A DNA stretch of 64,000 nucleotides from Oedothorax gibbosus (lineage: Eukaryota): the NCBI GenBank assembly GCA_019343175.1, contig JAFNEN010000097.1, positions 93,448-157,447 of the forward strand, read 5' to 3'. Below, in pieces: positions 1 to 12,913 of the stretch. Every line of letters begins with the position of its first letter. Within the stretch, counting starts at the first letter, position 1. The notes under the pieces were generated by a model. That model did no database searches. It was not told the origin of the DNA and was given only the letters and a program-made list of their open reading frames with translations. The position numbers and the translations under genes are program-made.

Positions 1-1246
1 CCAGTTATTACAAGTTGTATTGAAACAATACAAATATTGTGTTGCGACCAGATAATAATGCATAGTTTGCTCTAAACTTGTGTTAAAATCGCAGCATGCA
101 TGTATTCTTCCGAAATATAGTTCAGCATCTGCTCTTTACCTACTGTTTCGGATAAATAGGTTATACTAAAGCTTATATATAGATATATATAATATTATGA
201 TACTTTAAAATGAATGTTATTGTTATAATTTTGTTATACATATTTTAGAAACCAATATAGTTTACAGGTTGTTTTTTTGTCTTTCGCACATGAATATAAT
301 AATGGTCTTCTCTCGCAGTCATTAGTTGTGTTTTAACAACAAAAATTTGCGTTAGTATGTCATCAAAACAATTCTTGCATGGAAACAACACAATATGGTA
401 ATTTGTGTCATTTTTTACTTTTACAACTTTAAGATATCAAAAATTATTTGTGTATAAATTTTCAGCTATGTTACATGCGGCTATTTTTTAAAAATTCAAC
501 TCCCCCTCCAGTGAGAGTTCCTCGCCAAACAACTTTTTTGAGGCAAAAGGCACTTGGGAGATCTTGAGGTTTTTTTTAGTATTTGATTAAGCTTATAAAA
601 TAGTACAGTTAACAATTCCCAATTCTACACCATTTTTTGCAAGGTTCGGCCTACATTTACCTAACTTGCCTGGACTAGTGGTGTGCTTGATATTTCTAAT
701 AATTCATTTTTACGAATGCCAAAGAACCAGAAAGTTTTGTCTTTTTCAATAAAACTTTAGTTTATTGTAAATGTTTTTTGGTTATTATCACAATACGTTG
801 GCCCTTTATCCACTAGGATCCAAATGTGATTATTATTTGTTGTTTTTAAAGCACTTCATTCAGATCTTGGTTAGACAGGAGTACTAGATCAGAATATTCC
901 ATTGGTACTTGTTTGGTCTTATCAGCCCTTTAAGTATCTGTACATGTTTAGATAACTTATATCTTTTACAATTTAAATTTTCTCATTGGTTATTTATTTT
1001 GAATTCACTCTAATCATACAAACTGTACACTCTAATTTTTAGTACATTCCAACCCATATTAAACTATAATTTTAGATTGGTGATCCCACATATTTAATGT
1101 TTTACTTATTTTCTTTTCTTGGCGCTTTTTCTTAAAGAATTTGCTAAAATTTGAACATGCATCTTCATCTGAGTCATTCAGTAAGATTTTTTAAGGTAGT
1201 TTTTATTTGTGTATGTGTCAGAGCAACAACAGCACAAGTCCTCTTT

Positions 1247-1866
1247 TGGTCTAGACCAGGGGTTCCCAACCGGTGGTACGCGGGAAAATTTCAGGTGGTA
1301 CGCGTGAGTTATGTGAGTAACATGATGCTATTAATAGCTTCTGTAAGCATGAGCATTGAGCATGCAAACATATTACTCATTATTTTAAACATTAACATTA
1401 ATTTAAAGAGAAATCTTTAAACTTCTGGATCGGATGTAAAACCTAGTATACCCTTTGATCTTCCGTCCGAGTGAAGATAAGTCTTCATTACTCCTAATGT
1501 TGATATTTTAGTCACAGGCAAACAACAACAATTTTCACACTAAAGACTATAAATGTATATTTTGTATGATGATTAATTTTTTGTTTATTTTGTACTGTTT
1601 TTTTATTTGTATGTTTTTAGACTTAATAACATTTTAATCTTTTTATTTCTCCTTTATTATAAGCATGTTATAAATAAACAAATATCTAACCATTAAATTT
1701 GAAGTTTTCTCAGGAATTCAATTCAAAAAGCCGTTGAACACTTTTAGAAGAATAAATATTATACGTTTATTATTAAATATTTAGGTCTGCTGGTATGCCA
1801 AATTTTTTCAAAAAGTCAAGTGGTACGCAGGTGCAAAAAGGTTGGGAACCCCTAGTCTAGACCAGT
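1247..1866. mobile_element. MITE (about 620 bp) with TIRs TGGTCTAGACCAGGGGTTCCCAACC and a subterminal GGTGGTACGCG motif
   Basis: 1247-1275 is the reverse complement of 1838-1866. The subterminal motif is repeated near both ends. Confidence 0.6.
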
Positions 1867-2214
1867 TTGATAGTGATAAACTAATTCCTACATTTTCTTA
1901 TTTGATTTGAATTTTTGTTTGTGTCCAAACAAAAATTTATTACTCTTTGTTGATCTGACACACCTATATAAAAATGAAGCATTTTTGTTGGTTGTAAACG
2001 CATTTATAATTGTATTTTTAGTAAAATTAATTATGTGTTTCACAACTTCTTTTCAAAAGAAGTACCTACTAACTATAATTCCTAAAATTTTTAGACATAG
2101 AATATCGTGTTAAATGCCTTTATGTTTATTTTTAAGTTTAAGCATTTGATTAAAAGATGTTCTTGTTAAGTTCAAAAGATGTACTGATGGAGTCCCTTTA
2201 TATTAGTGAAGTTA

Positions 2215-2430
2215 TGTTAGTACATAGTACTTAATTCCATGCACAAAAAATTTTACTCGTATATATGTTCCTTAATTTGTATTTCTCTATATTGTCACAT
2301 TTAATGGATGTTTCTTTATGTTAGTACTTAATTGGATGCCAAAAAAAAAATATTACTCAGATATTTGTTTATTAATTTGTCCTTCTTTGCATTTCTTTAT
2401 AATGTCACATTTAATGGATGTTCTTTTCTT
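2215..2430. repeat. Tandem duplication of about 108 bp, 2 copies
   Basis: ..TAGTACTTAATT(C/G)(C/G)ATGC(AC)AAAAAA..TTTACTC..ATATTTGTT..TTAATTTGT..TTTCT.TATA.TGTCACATTTAATGGATGTT.. occurs twice. Confidence 0.7.
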
Positions 2431-4074
2431 TTAAATGAAAAGATATGGGAAGACATTATTGTGATAAAAATTTAACTAGCTATTACTTAAAAAAAATAAT
2501 TATGTAAATATATTCATTGAAGATGAACATATTGATGTGTAAATGAAAGAAACTTTTAAACTAGAAGTAATTTTTTAAAAACTTGTGCTTTTATGTAAAT
2601 CCATGCTTGTTTTATGCGTGCCAAAGATGCGAAAGAATAAAATGCTGCTTGCACATTAAAAATAATTTTATCAATTTTGTTTCCATTATACAAGACTTTG
2701 AAATAATGTTATTTATGTATCTGTAGTATGCTTAAAGGTACAAAATTATGTAGTAAAATGATAACTACATTAACGACGAAAAAAATTTGCTTTGGGGCAA
2801 TGAGTTTCCTGCTTAAGTTAATCGAAATAAACAAAATATCAGAAAAATAATCACCATAGTCTTGAACAGTTTATGTAGGACAAGTACACTGTGATGCAAA
2901 AGTTTAGACGATGACTTCATTTAGCTGTAAAATTTAGAATTGTGATAGTAGAATTTCAAAAAAAAAACCTAAACAAATTAAGAATATATTTTGAAATGCT
3001 ATAATTGAAACCTAATTATTTGATTTGCTATAGCAATAATTTTTTTCATAAAATAAAAATTTGTATGATGCAAAAGTTTAGACACAAATACGAGATTATG
3101 CTAATTTAAAGTAGATAATTACCTAATTTCGCAATTTTATTGTTGAATTGTATTTTTTTTCATATGATAAATTAAAAAACACAATATCCGGTGAACTAAA
3201 CATATTTAATAACAATATTGGTTCAATTTTACGCCAAACAGACAATATAGCCACTTGAAATCTTTATTCAAATCATATTTGCTTCAAATGTACAATGTAC
3301 CTCCTGAAATTCGAAATATTTCCTGACTAACAGAAAAAATAGTGGCGCCATCTCGTTTAAAACTTTTGTACTAACATGTAAACTGTTCGGAATTTTATCG
3401 GAAAGTGTTCGAAATTCCATATTTCGATTACTACTCATCGGATTCTTATCGATTTCTTCTTGACACTTGATTGGAATCTCATCGGAAAACCTCAGCGTAG
3501 ACTGGCCTATCGAGCGGACATAACCGAGCAGTTATCGAGCAATCGGGCAATTTTCAACGAAAATCCGATATTCGAATTCTCACTGGTGAACGATGAAAAT
3601 TCGATTATCGGTCGATGAAAAATTGCTACTAGGGACAGCACGTTTCATCAAGAAAATCGGTCAATGCATGTCTCTAATCCGCGAACTCTTGGTAAAACTA
3701 TAAGGTGATGGGCTGGTAGGCATTGGGTTCAGATTTAGACTTGTTAAGTTGTAAATTTAACGCAAATAGGCAGTAATATTTCACCGTAAAAGAGTACATG
3801 CGGCTGTTTGGTATAAATTGAACCAAGAGTGTTGTTACTAAAGGGCAAATCACACGAGAGAAAATTCGTATAACCCATCCCTCCATTCAACATTTTAAAC
3901 GTATCTTTAACGCAAAACTCAAAAGTTGGATGTAATTTGCCATGTGATATGGAAGTTCAGATTGAAGTTAAGGTAGTTGAATGACCATCGCACAAGAGCT
4001 GCACGAGGGCTATTGGCGACGATCGGGCCTCGTAATTTAAAACCACAGTCAGGTTGAACAAAGTAGTACATATA

Positions 4075-4877
4075 CAGGGTGAAGCAAATAAAACCGGCCC
4101 CAACGTGGAGATAAGAATACGACAGAAATGTTTCCAAGTCAAAAACCAATACAAAAACAGGTTTGCTAACATGAAGCGATTGATCGCTTCAATATTAAGC
4201 CCAAACAAACGCTTGGCGACTTATTTGCCGGCAACTACGTTATGGTTGGAAAAGCTAGTTGAAATGAAATATAAACAAGGTTTGTAGAGCTGATCGAAAA
4301 AGTTCCCACTAGTGATTATTTCGGTTGTTATTTATCGTAAAGAATCGGACCTTTTTGTTTTTGTTAATGCAAAACATTCTAAATTGATTGCAAAACCCAG
4401 AATCTGGTGTTCAGACCCGTTTCAGAATGTTTTTGAACTTGTTGACAGCAGATCCTGGCTGACGCCATTTCGTAACTGATCGTTGCCTATAGTACTCTTT
4501 TTTGGCACTTTTACACATTTAAATTCTTGAACAAACAACTTGTCACATTTTTTCCATGAATTCGTTTTAATATAATTTTCTACAATGAACACTCTCTGCT
4601 GTACTGTGAGTTTCATCTTCACCTGTGAATTGATATCCTTACACTCACACTGACGCACTACGATCTGAACTGGCCAATAGTCCATGAGTAGCTCTAATGT
4701 GATGCTAATCCAATCCAACCAATGCAAAAACAGGTTTGTCAAGTGAAACCATTGCACGCTTGAATAATCTTTTATTTCCACTTGAAAGCTTTCGGGCGGC
4801 TTCAAGAGTTTTTCTCGCTAAGCATTTCAACGTATTCCTATCTCTAGACCGGGGCCGGTTTTATTTGCCTCACCCTG
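4075..4877 (-). mobile_element. Tc1/mariner-type MITE or internally deleted mariner (about 800 bp), with 45-bp imperfect TIRs (CAGGGTGAAGCAAATAAAACCGGCCCC..) and a TA target-site duplication. It retains a transposase N-terminal helix-turn-helix remnant.
   Basis: Inverted repeats at 4075-4120 and 4830-4877, flanked by TA. The minus-strand ORF 4422..4805 includes 'KLTVQQRVFIVENYIKTNSWKKCDKLFVQEF', a pattern typical of mariner-like transposase N-termini. Confidence 0.7.
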
Positions 4878-4880
4878 TAT

Positions 4881-5075
4881 TTTCCGGATTGTGTGCTTGA
4901 TCAGAGACCCGCTTATAAACCTTCGTCAAGTAAACAGACACAGAAAGAATTTTTTCTGAAACAGATAGAGAAATTACACCCAGGGCGAAGGGGGGAATCG
5001 AACCCGCACCTGGTACAGTGCGCAGACTGTTAACGTAGGCAGCTAGCTATCTTAGCCACTAGGTCACCCGGGCCC
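4881..5075 (-). mobile_element. SINE family D/E copy on the minus strand (head GGGCCCGGGTGACCTAGTGGCTAAG..GGTGCGGGTTCGATTCCCC), abutting the mariner-like MITE
   Basis: The reverse complement gives a tRNA-like head plus the '..ggtttataagcgggtct..' tail. The same head type is nested in the MITE at 13074-13180. Confidence 0.6.
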
Positions 5076-6413
5076 ATTGAACAAAGTATCTTCAACTTCG
5101 ACAACTCCACATGACCTGGTTGATCCAACCTAGTATTTCAACCAGTCATGCCTTCGTCACAGCTCAGAGATACGTCATTTTAAAGATAGCGGTTCCCGTT
5201 GATTGTGATCAACGTCAAACGGCATTTACTGGCGAAATGCATTGTGGGTAGGTGATGCTGGTGTTGCGCGTATGAGATTATTTAGGAATGTTGTTTTTTC
5301 GTCATTTTGTAGAGTTTCAGTTTGTTTTGCGAGTTATGTTGGTTATTAAACGTTATTATTATGGATAGTGCATATTAAATTTCAGAGTTTTTCTAGATGT
5401 TTTCAAAATTTTTGAGCTTGTTTCGTTTTAAAAGAAAATTAAACAAAGCGCGCCCCAACCCAAACAAAATTGTCCGTATCCAAACAAAAACAAAACTGCT
5501 TGGTGCCCCAAACTAGGGTTTAGACTTTCAATAGGCCCTACAATACTGCCCCATGTTGGATACTGATGTTTTTTAGAACAAACAAAACTACCCGTAGCCC
5601 CAAACGTGTGCGTACTGCATTGCCACACCGCCATTACTAGACCATTGCAGTGGCGGATCCACGGGGGGAAAGGGGGAATTCCCCCCCCCCCCCAAATTCT
5701 TAAAATTCATACTAGATAGAATCAACTTGTAAAGAAATGTTTTTATTTTTTACAAATATTTATACAACAACTCGTTGCATTCTCAACTTAGAACTAGAAC
5801 ATGGCAAAAAATATTACGGCTCGGGCGCTTTGGGGGAACGGGTTATTACGCAATGTTAAAAAAAAAGAAATAAAAACTATCCCCCCCCCCCCCTTCGGAT
5901 TTATTTTTAAGCCAATCGCAATTTTGGCTGGAATAAGATTTTAGATACATTTTTTATGGCGCCAATAACGACGGCTATCCTCTCGAATAGGAAGGAAGTA
6001 TAAAAAAAATAATAGAAATAAAATATTGACATATATTTGAATTCGTTTTCAAGTATAATAGTGATTGATAGAAAAGAAATAGAAATTGATAAATCAAAGA
6101 AATTCCACTATGACTATTTTTTTAAATTTCATTTTTAGGGTTTTTATTTTGCTTAATACAAGTGAAATAAGTGTACTATAAGTTAGGAGTTTTTCGCGCT
6201 TTTTTCTATCGTAATTTCTACTGTAAAGTATCTGTAGTGAGTATGAATATGAGTATGTTTATTGTTACGCGTCAGACGCAAATTAATGTAGTCAATTTAA
6301 AATTTTGTCAACAATAGAAATTTTCCAAAGAGCCCTAATAATATATGTTTTGACCATAAAGGTATAAAGTAAGGATATGAAGTATGAAAGACTTAAAGTT
6401 ATTGCATACTTAA

Positions 6414-6738
6414 GGGGCTGGGGAGCCCAGTCGGTTAAGGCGTTCGCCTTGTATGCAGAAGGTCCCAGGTTCGGGTCCGGACATCGCCAAAATAACTGCC
6501 GACCTATAAACGGACCGCGCAGCCAAAAATGTCCGACGAATAATACCCCGTGTAGAGGGAGTACACGTTAAATATGCTCCAAAGTCCCGACGCTAAGTAC
6601 GATGTCTACCTTAACGGTTGCGCTGGGTGCCTACTCAGATGTCAGCTCCGTCACCTGACTGTGGTTCTAAATTATGACGCCGGTCGCCAATAGCGCTCGT
6701 GTAGCTCTAGTGCGACGATATTTCAAACTAAACTATAG
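6414..6738 (+). mobile_element. SINE family A, full copy. tRNA-like head (GGGGCTGGGGAGCCCAGTCGGTTAAGG..GGTTCGGGTCCGG), then a body, then a (CTAAA)-type tail.
   Basis: tRNA-like A/B-box module plus about 250 bp of body. Reverse-complement copies at 8881-9127 and fragments at 3950-4045, 7545-7600 and 15400-15460. Confidence 0.7.
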
Positions 6739-7968
6739 TATACTTAAAAAGCAAACTACCGATGACGAACGGTGGAGCTAACGTGACCAATATTATGAAT
6801 TTCATTTAAAAATCGTTCTAAAAAAATGTCTAAACATTTGCAGCTGGCGTAATAAATCTTACGGCTTTTGTATAACACTTTAATTTTGTGTTTGTTTTTT
6901 TAAAGCTTGTGTTTGGAAGAAAACGGAAAAACGCGTCGGATCGGTTACAATAAAAAAAACGGCAAGTCTGAAAAAAAAAACCTTTGGCGTCGATTTTTTT
7001 TCATTTGTACTGGTTTTTTTATGAGTTGCTTGTTTCGTGCGAACAAGATTTTGATTTTTTTACTTGGATTTTTTAAACTGATAACCAAAGAGACCATATT
7101 ACGGGTGGTTGTTTTTTTCTTTTGGAATAAATGTGGCGTCTAAGCAGGTGACTCAATGCTTCAATCGGAGTTTTTCGCGCCTTCGGTCTCGTATGTCTCA
7201 ATTACATTTCATAGGAGCAAAATAGATGTCATACGAGTAAGAGTAAGAAGAATAGTTTTTAGGGGTTTCTTCATCTAATCAATGAGTAAGTTCCAATTTA
7301 TAACATTTTCTGACATTTCCTGTACTCAATGATATTAAAATGATTAACGAGATTAATGATAATGCATCAAAACTGCAATTTGTTGCACGATTAACATTTA
7401 TTTCATTGAGATGTATTTGTATTTAATATTTATAATAAGCGTTCTGTTTTCATTACATTTTAATTGCTGTTTAAAATTTAAGTACATGTTTTATAAAAAT
7501 AACTACTTTTTTTATATATATTAACGACATAAATGATTAGGGTTATGTTGAATTATCGTCGCACTAGAGCTATAGGATGGCTATTGGCGACTGGTGCCAT
7601 AGTTGTGTTATTTAAAATGGATATATAAACTTCTCATGCAAATCAAGGTGTTTTTTTTTTAAATTTAGATAGAATATTGATTAATATTTTAATAATTACT
7701 ATTTAATTAAATGTATTCATTAACTACCAGTATAGTTAAATAATTAAGTTTTGAAATATGTTAAATATACTACTGTTTTTAAAAACTAAGTAAATGTACA
7801 ATTATTTATACACAAATCATTTTATAATTAAATTTAATAATAGAAGCTTGTCGTTTAATTTCTGTACAACAAATCAGGTGATTTAAATTATCTAAGTAGT
7901 AGTTAAATTTTAAATAAAAGCATTCTATAATTAAATTTTTCTTAATTGTTACTATTAAGGGGGTTGTT

Positions 7969-8281
7969 TCACGGAGGATCTGGCAATAGCTCTGCGGTTT
8001 TGTTTTTATGTCTCTCAAATTACTTTTGTTGCTATTCGAAATTGAGTTTTCTAAGTTTTGTTATTTTTTTAAATTACAACTTCTTGCTGTACTGTTGGTT
8101 GTTTTAATCATTTATCAAGGAAAACTTGCATTGTAAGAAGTTGGAATTAAAAAAAAATAACAACTAAAATATTCTCTTCGGAAACTCACTCCCGAATACC
8201 AAAACAACAGTAATTCGGGAGACATGAAAACAAAACCGCAGAGCTATTGCCAGATATTCTCCGTGAAACACACACAACCCC
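7969..8281. mobile_element. MITE with roughly 65-bp TIRs (GGGGTTGTTTCACGGAGGATCTGGCAATAGCTCTGCGGTTTTGTTTT..ATGTCTC), copy 1
   Basis: Near-perfect terminal inverted repeats at 7969-8033 and 8213-8281. The same element recurs at 12914-13555. Confidence 0.75.
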
Positions 8282-8439
8282 ATTTTTATTCAAAAAATAA
8301 GACATTAATTATCTATTAAATAATACCAATATGAGTTATGTAAAATACAAACTAATTAATGTTTGTAAAAAGTAATTAGTAATACATACTAAATTAATAG
8401 TAAAAAACTGCATTTACAATGGAAAAATAAATTAAAAAT

Positions 8440-8790
8440 TAATTTTAATTAAAACAATGTTAATTAAAAATAATTGTAATTAAACAGAATTGTAATTAAA
8501 AATAATTGTAATTAAACATAATTGTAATTAAAAATATTTGTAATTAAACATAATTGTTATTAAAAATATTTGTAATTAAACAGAATTGTAATTAAAAATA
8601 ATTGTAATAAAAAATAATTGTAATTAAAAATAATTGTAATTAAAAATAATTGTAATTAAAAATAATTGTAATTAAAAATAATTGTATTGTAATTAAAAAT
8701 AATTGTATTGTAATTAAAAATAATTGTATTGTAATTAAAAATAATTGTAATTAAAAATAATTTTAACTAAAAATTATTTTTATTTATTTA
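8440..8790. repeat. Minisatellite (about 20 units) with a 16-bp unit TAATTGTAATTAAAAA, including 22-bp variants and a 32-bp higher-order repeat
   Basis: Direct tandem repetition is visible in the sequence. Confidence 0.9.
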
Positions 8791-8880
8791 TTATAAGTTC
8801 CCCCCCCCCCCCAAATTGTCACCCTGGATCCGCCCTTGGACCATTGTAAGGTAAGTTTGGTTTGTTTTTCATAACAGCTT

Positions 8881-9127
8881 TTAGCTTAGTTTAGTTTGAA
8901 TTATCGTCGCACTAGAGCTACACGAGGGCTATTGGCGACGGGCGTCGTATTTTAGAACCACAGTCAAGTGACGAGCCGACACCTGAGTAGGCACCCAACG
9001 CAACCGTTAAGGGCGACATTGTACGCAGCGTTAGGACTTTGAAGGATATTTAACGTGCACTCCCTCTACACGGGGTATTATTCGTCGGACATTTTTGGCA
9101 GCACGGGCCGTTTATAGGTCGGCAGTT
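8881..9127 (-). mobile_element. SINE family A, 5'-truncated copy in inverted orientation
   Basis: Reverse complement of 6480-6735. Confidence 0.7.
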
Positions 9128-10310
9128 CCATAACAGCTTTAGAATAGCTTTGACAACCAATAGGATACTTGACGAAAAAAAATTTATTGGCTTAAAATAT
9201 TCTTATGCCAAAAATATTAGACCCGTATTTTTTCTTTTTTTTTCAAATACCCCATAAAAAGTGGACAAAATGAATTTTAAAATTTGGACGAAAAATCACC
9301 CCCGAAAACGCTTTATGGCTGGCACGTGGTATCTATGATGTTACTAGTAACTATAAACGGACTTTGAAACACCATTTTGGAATCTACTTTAAGCAAATTT
9401 GAACTATCCGCTTCTGTAAAACCTCCACCCATTATCTATATAATTCTTATTTTAATAGTAAGTTAGATTAAAACCAGTTTAATTACAAACAAAAAACATC
9501 ACACCGGTTTGTTTATACATACTAGTGACGTCGGCCAACAGGCGCGCCGCCAGGATTTTTTCAAGGAGAGGGCTGAACTTCAAAAGGGCACTTTTACAGA
9601 ATTCCTTGTGTGGGGGACCGAGGTATTTTTGAAATGTTAATCTTCCAAAATGCTATTTGTGAAATACATGTAAATATACTAAATTTACAATCATGTTTTA
9701 CAAACTAGACTGCTGAGAAAAACACTTAAGACTGAGTGGCTGATAAAAATTCCCAAATGAAACTAAAATTACTGGAATTCTGAAAATGGCACAAAAATTG
9801 TTCTTACACCGGAATTATAGAATCCCAGGGAAAATTATCACAACAAAAAAAAATTCAAATTTATGAAAGGGGGTGAAAAGGTGTGAAATGTTTTAAAACA
9901 ATTCTCTGATATCTTTGTCGTGTTTTGACGTATACGATTATGACATTTTTAACAGCGATTCTTTAAAAATATGTCTATAAGCTAGGTTAGTTAAAAATTC
10001 TTTCATCTACCTAAAAATCGAATGAATTCCAAAAGCTATGGGATAAAGGAAAATTACTATTTTTTTACACGTTGCCATTTCCGTTAATTGTTAAAAACAA
10101 ACCCTCGTCCAAAAAAGTACATTTAAATTCAAAAGCATGTTTCAAGTTTCAAATTAAATAATTTATAAAAGATAAACATTTTCTTTTTTATTTTTATTAT
10201 TATTTAACGATAACTAATGATTCAAAATAAATACATATAATTGTTTGTCTGAAAGTGATTTATTTTGTGGGCTTCAGAATAGAAATGGATATGATACCAG
10301 AAACACTCAA

Positions 10311-10640
10311 GCCGACCCGGCGGCGCAACGGTTAGGGAGCTAGCCTTTGAAGCCTCTGGGTTCGGGTTTGAATCCCGGTAAGGCATGGATGTTTGTGTTT
10401 GTCGAGTATATGCGGAGTACGTGCTCGTTAAATCTGTTGGGTCCGAAAGTCCTGTGGGCGGTCATTGCGCAGTTTCCCACGGGCACAGGTCCCTGGAGAC
10501 TATTTCCCTCCCCTTAAGGGACATGTCTAAATTGTGGAGGTGGCGATAGATGTCAGCATCTGTCATATGTGTGTGTATGTCGTGTCCGTCCTTCTTGACG
10601 ATGGTTTATAAGCGGGTCTTTGTGACCAAGCACACAAGCC
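10311..10640 (+). mobile_element. SINE family D/E, full copy. tRNA-like head (GCCGACCCGGCGGCGCAACGGTTAGGG..GGGTTTGAATCCCGG), then a body ending ..GGTTTATAAGCGGGTCTTTGTGACCAAGCACACAAGCC.
   Basis: tRNA-like head followed by a non-tRNA body. The tail is shared with the copy at 4881-5075. Confidence 0.65.
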
Positions 10641-11439
10641 TGAAAATATATGTCAACCAACTAACACTCAGTTTCAATCGCTGATGTTGACTTTTGAGAT
10701 TCGTCAATTCTTTCCCACTTTTTTTTCAAAGATCAACTTAACTCATAATAATTAATTGCTGCTCAAATAACTCGAATAAAATTTCACAGCCCCACTTCTG
10801 TCATCAAAAGTAGCCTTATTACAGTAATATGGAAGTAAATACTGAAATTTTTTGATGAAGTAGTCATACTACCTTCAAACCTTATTATTTGATCAATGTA
10901 CGCAATAAATAAAGATATTCTGTAATATGATTCGGCAGTTTCAGCAGATTGGGTTCCTCTAAATTTTTGCCATTTGGCCATTCGGAGAACATTGATTTCA
11001 AAATCGTGTTTTAAACGAAGGGTTTCTGCCTTTTTAAAGATAGATGAAAAGTGTTCTAATGCCTTTTCGCATATGTCTAAAAAACACGTATAAAATCTTT
11101 CACTAGTTCTACGAAGTATAAGTTCGAGAGACTTCAGTTGTAGAAACCTAGAAACAGACAAAAGTAACTTTTTAAAGCTGTCGTCTGTTTAGTCAGTCGT
11201 TTGCATGGCAATCCGTATAAAATAATTTATTTTGGAAAGTGATTATGAGCAACGTTTTTGGTTCCGTTTTTCAAGAATATTGTGCAAATTGGCTTTTTTT
11301 GCATTAAAATACATTTTTTAGGATGTCAGTTTTTAAAATTACACAAATTTGGGCAAATGAATTTGGACGAAAGGGCATTTTGTCACAGTCAGGGGGGGGG
11401 GAGGGGCTAGAGCCCCCTCCCTGGCTGCGCGCCTGGGCC

Positions 11440-11640
11440 AAATCGACGTGTTTGTGATCACGTGCGTACCAATGAAAAAAAAAGCCTTTTGAAAATGATT
11501 TTTATTAATTATTTAAAGATTTATTTTGCAAAAAAAATATATACGTTTGTTATATTTGGGTTCAAACTATAATTTAATTAATATTGGAAGGTATTTTAGC
11601 GATATTGTCAAGTACCCTATTCGGTGGAACTAGGGTTACT
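11440..11640. repeat. Interspersed repeat family F. Other copies at 13850-14090, with a fragment at 9490-9545.
   Basis: Shared blocks ..GTACCAATGAAAAAAAAAGCCTTTTGAAAATGATTTT.. and ..GGAAGGTATTTTAGCGATAT..AAGTACCC.. in the two copies. Confidence 0.5.
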
Positions 11641-12913
11641 GTATCGGCATAAAAAATTCCGGCAACGGTAAAATACGTGAGTTTGGCGGGTTGCCAAGAT
11701 GGCGAGGTTTTTAAGACGCGTCCAGCAGCACCGTAGGATTTAAAATATTTTTTTTCTTTTCGTGAACACTAATTATTGCCATTGCGCCTGGAAGTTAATA
11801 CCGAAATCAAAACAATTAAATTCAGACAATTCGCTGACCTTATACGTGCCTATATTTAACTCACTTTGATAAGTAAATATAAAATTTCGCCAAACATGAG
11901 GATGCAGTTCTATACCACTGATCTCTCAGTGGTTCTATACCCAGCTATGTCCAACTTCTAGATAAAAGTTGAAGATCGAGTTGGGTTGAAGGTTTGGGTT
12001 GGCTGAATAGAGTGTTCGTGTGATTTGTGCTTAAATCTTTTTTATTCACCGGATATCATGTTTTTTTTTAATTTATCATATAATAAATACAATTCAAGCA
12101 ATAAATTTGCGAAATTAGGCCATTAAACTTGCATTAAATTGATTTTCTATATCTTTTTGCGACAGATTTTTTTAAAGTAATTTTCACTATTAATTCAAAT
12201 AAAATTAATTATTTATTATTTTCTTTATGATTCATGATATTTTTAATTATTTATACCTTCCCGATTCTTACTACTACCACTTTTGTCAACCGAATATTTT
12301 CAGTGAAATTTTGTGACTTAAAATGTTTTTTTGTTTAAACTTTTGAGACGGACTATAACAGTATACTTCCTTAAACAGTATTCTAGCATTCGACATAGTT
12401 GCTAATTCCATTCAAGTTTACATTTTAACAAATAGGTATTAAATAAATATTATTGGGACTGTAAAATATTATTACCTCTTCAAACTTTGAATAATAATTA
12501 TACCTTTCATTGCTGGTTCCTAGATACTGTTCTGTTCAACTATTTTGTACATTCTATATGATAGACGATTTTCCCTCTTTTTACAGCAATTTGATATGTT
12601 CCTAGGATTTGTTTATTCTACTGATTTCTAAATAATTAATATCTTTCTTTTTTCAATACCTTTTCTCATTTTCAAAGCATAATTGATTTTGCATATCCTT
12701 TATTATGCCGAAATTCGTCCTACATTTCTAACAAGTTTTTAAGCTTATTTTTTTTAAACTTATCTGTTTAACTAATTCATCACTGTTCTAATTCGTGTGT
12801 AAGCCACATAATAAGTAATATGCCCCTTACTATTTTATAATTTTCGGTAGTAATTAAACATTATATAATTCCTTTTCAGTTACTTAATTATACTTTATTA
12901 TTTGTATTATAAT

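Noticed and set aside
8440-8790. A CRISPR-like array (regular short direct repeats)
   Set aside because: It is a pure AT minisatellite (16-bp unit) with no unique spacers, in a eukaryotic repeat-rich region.
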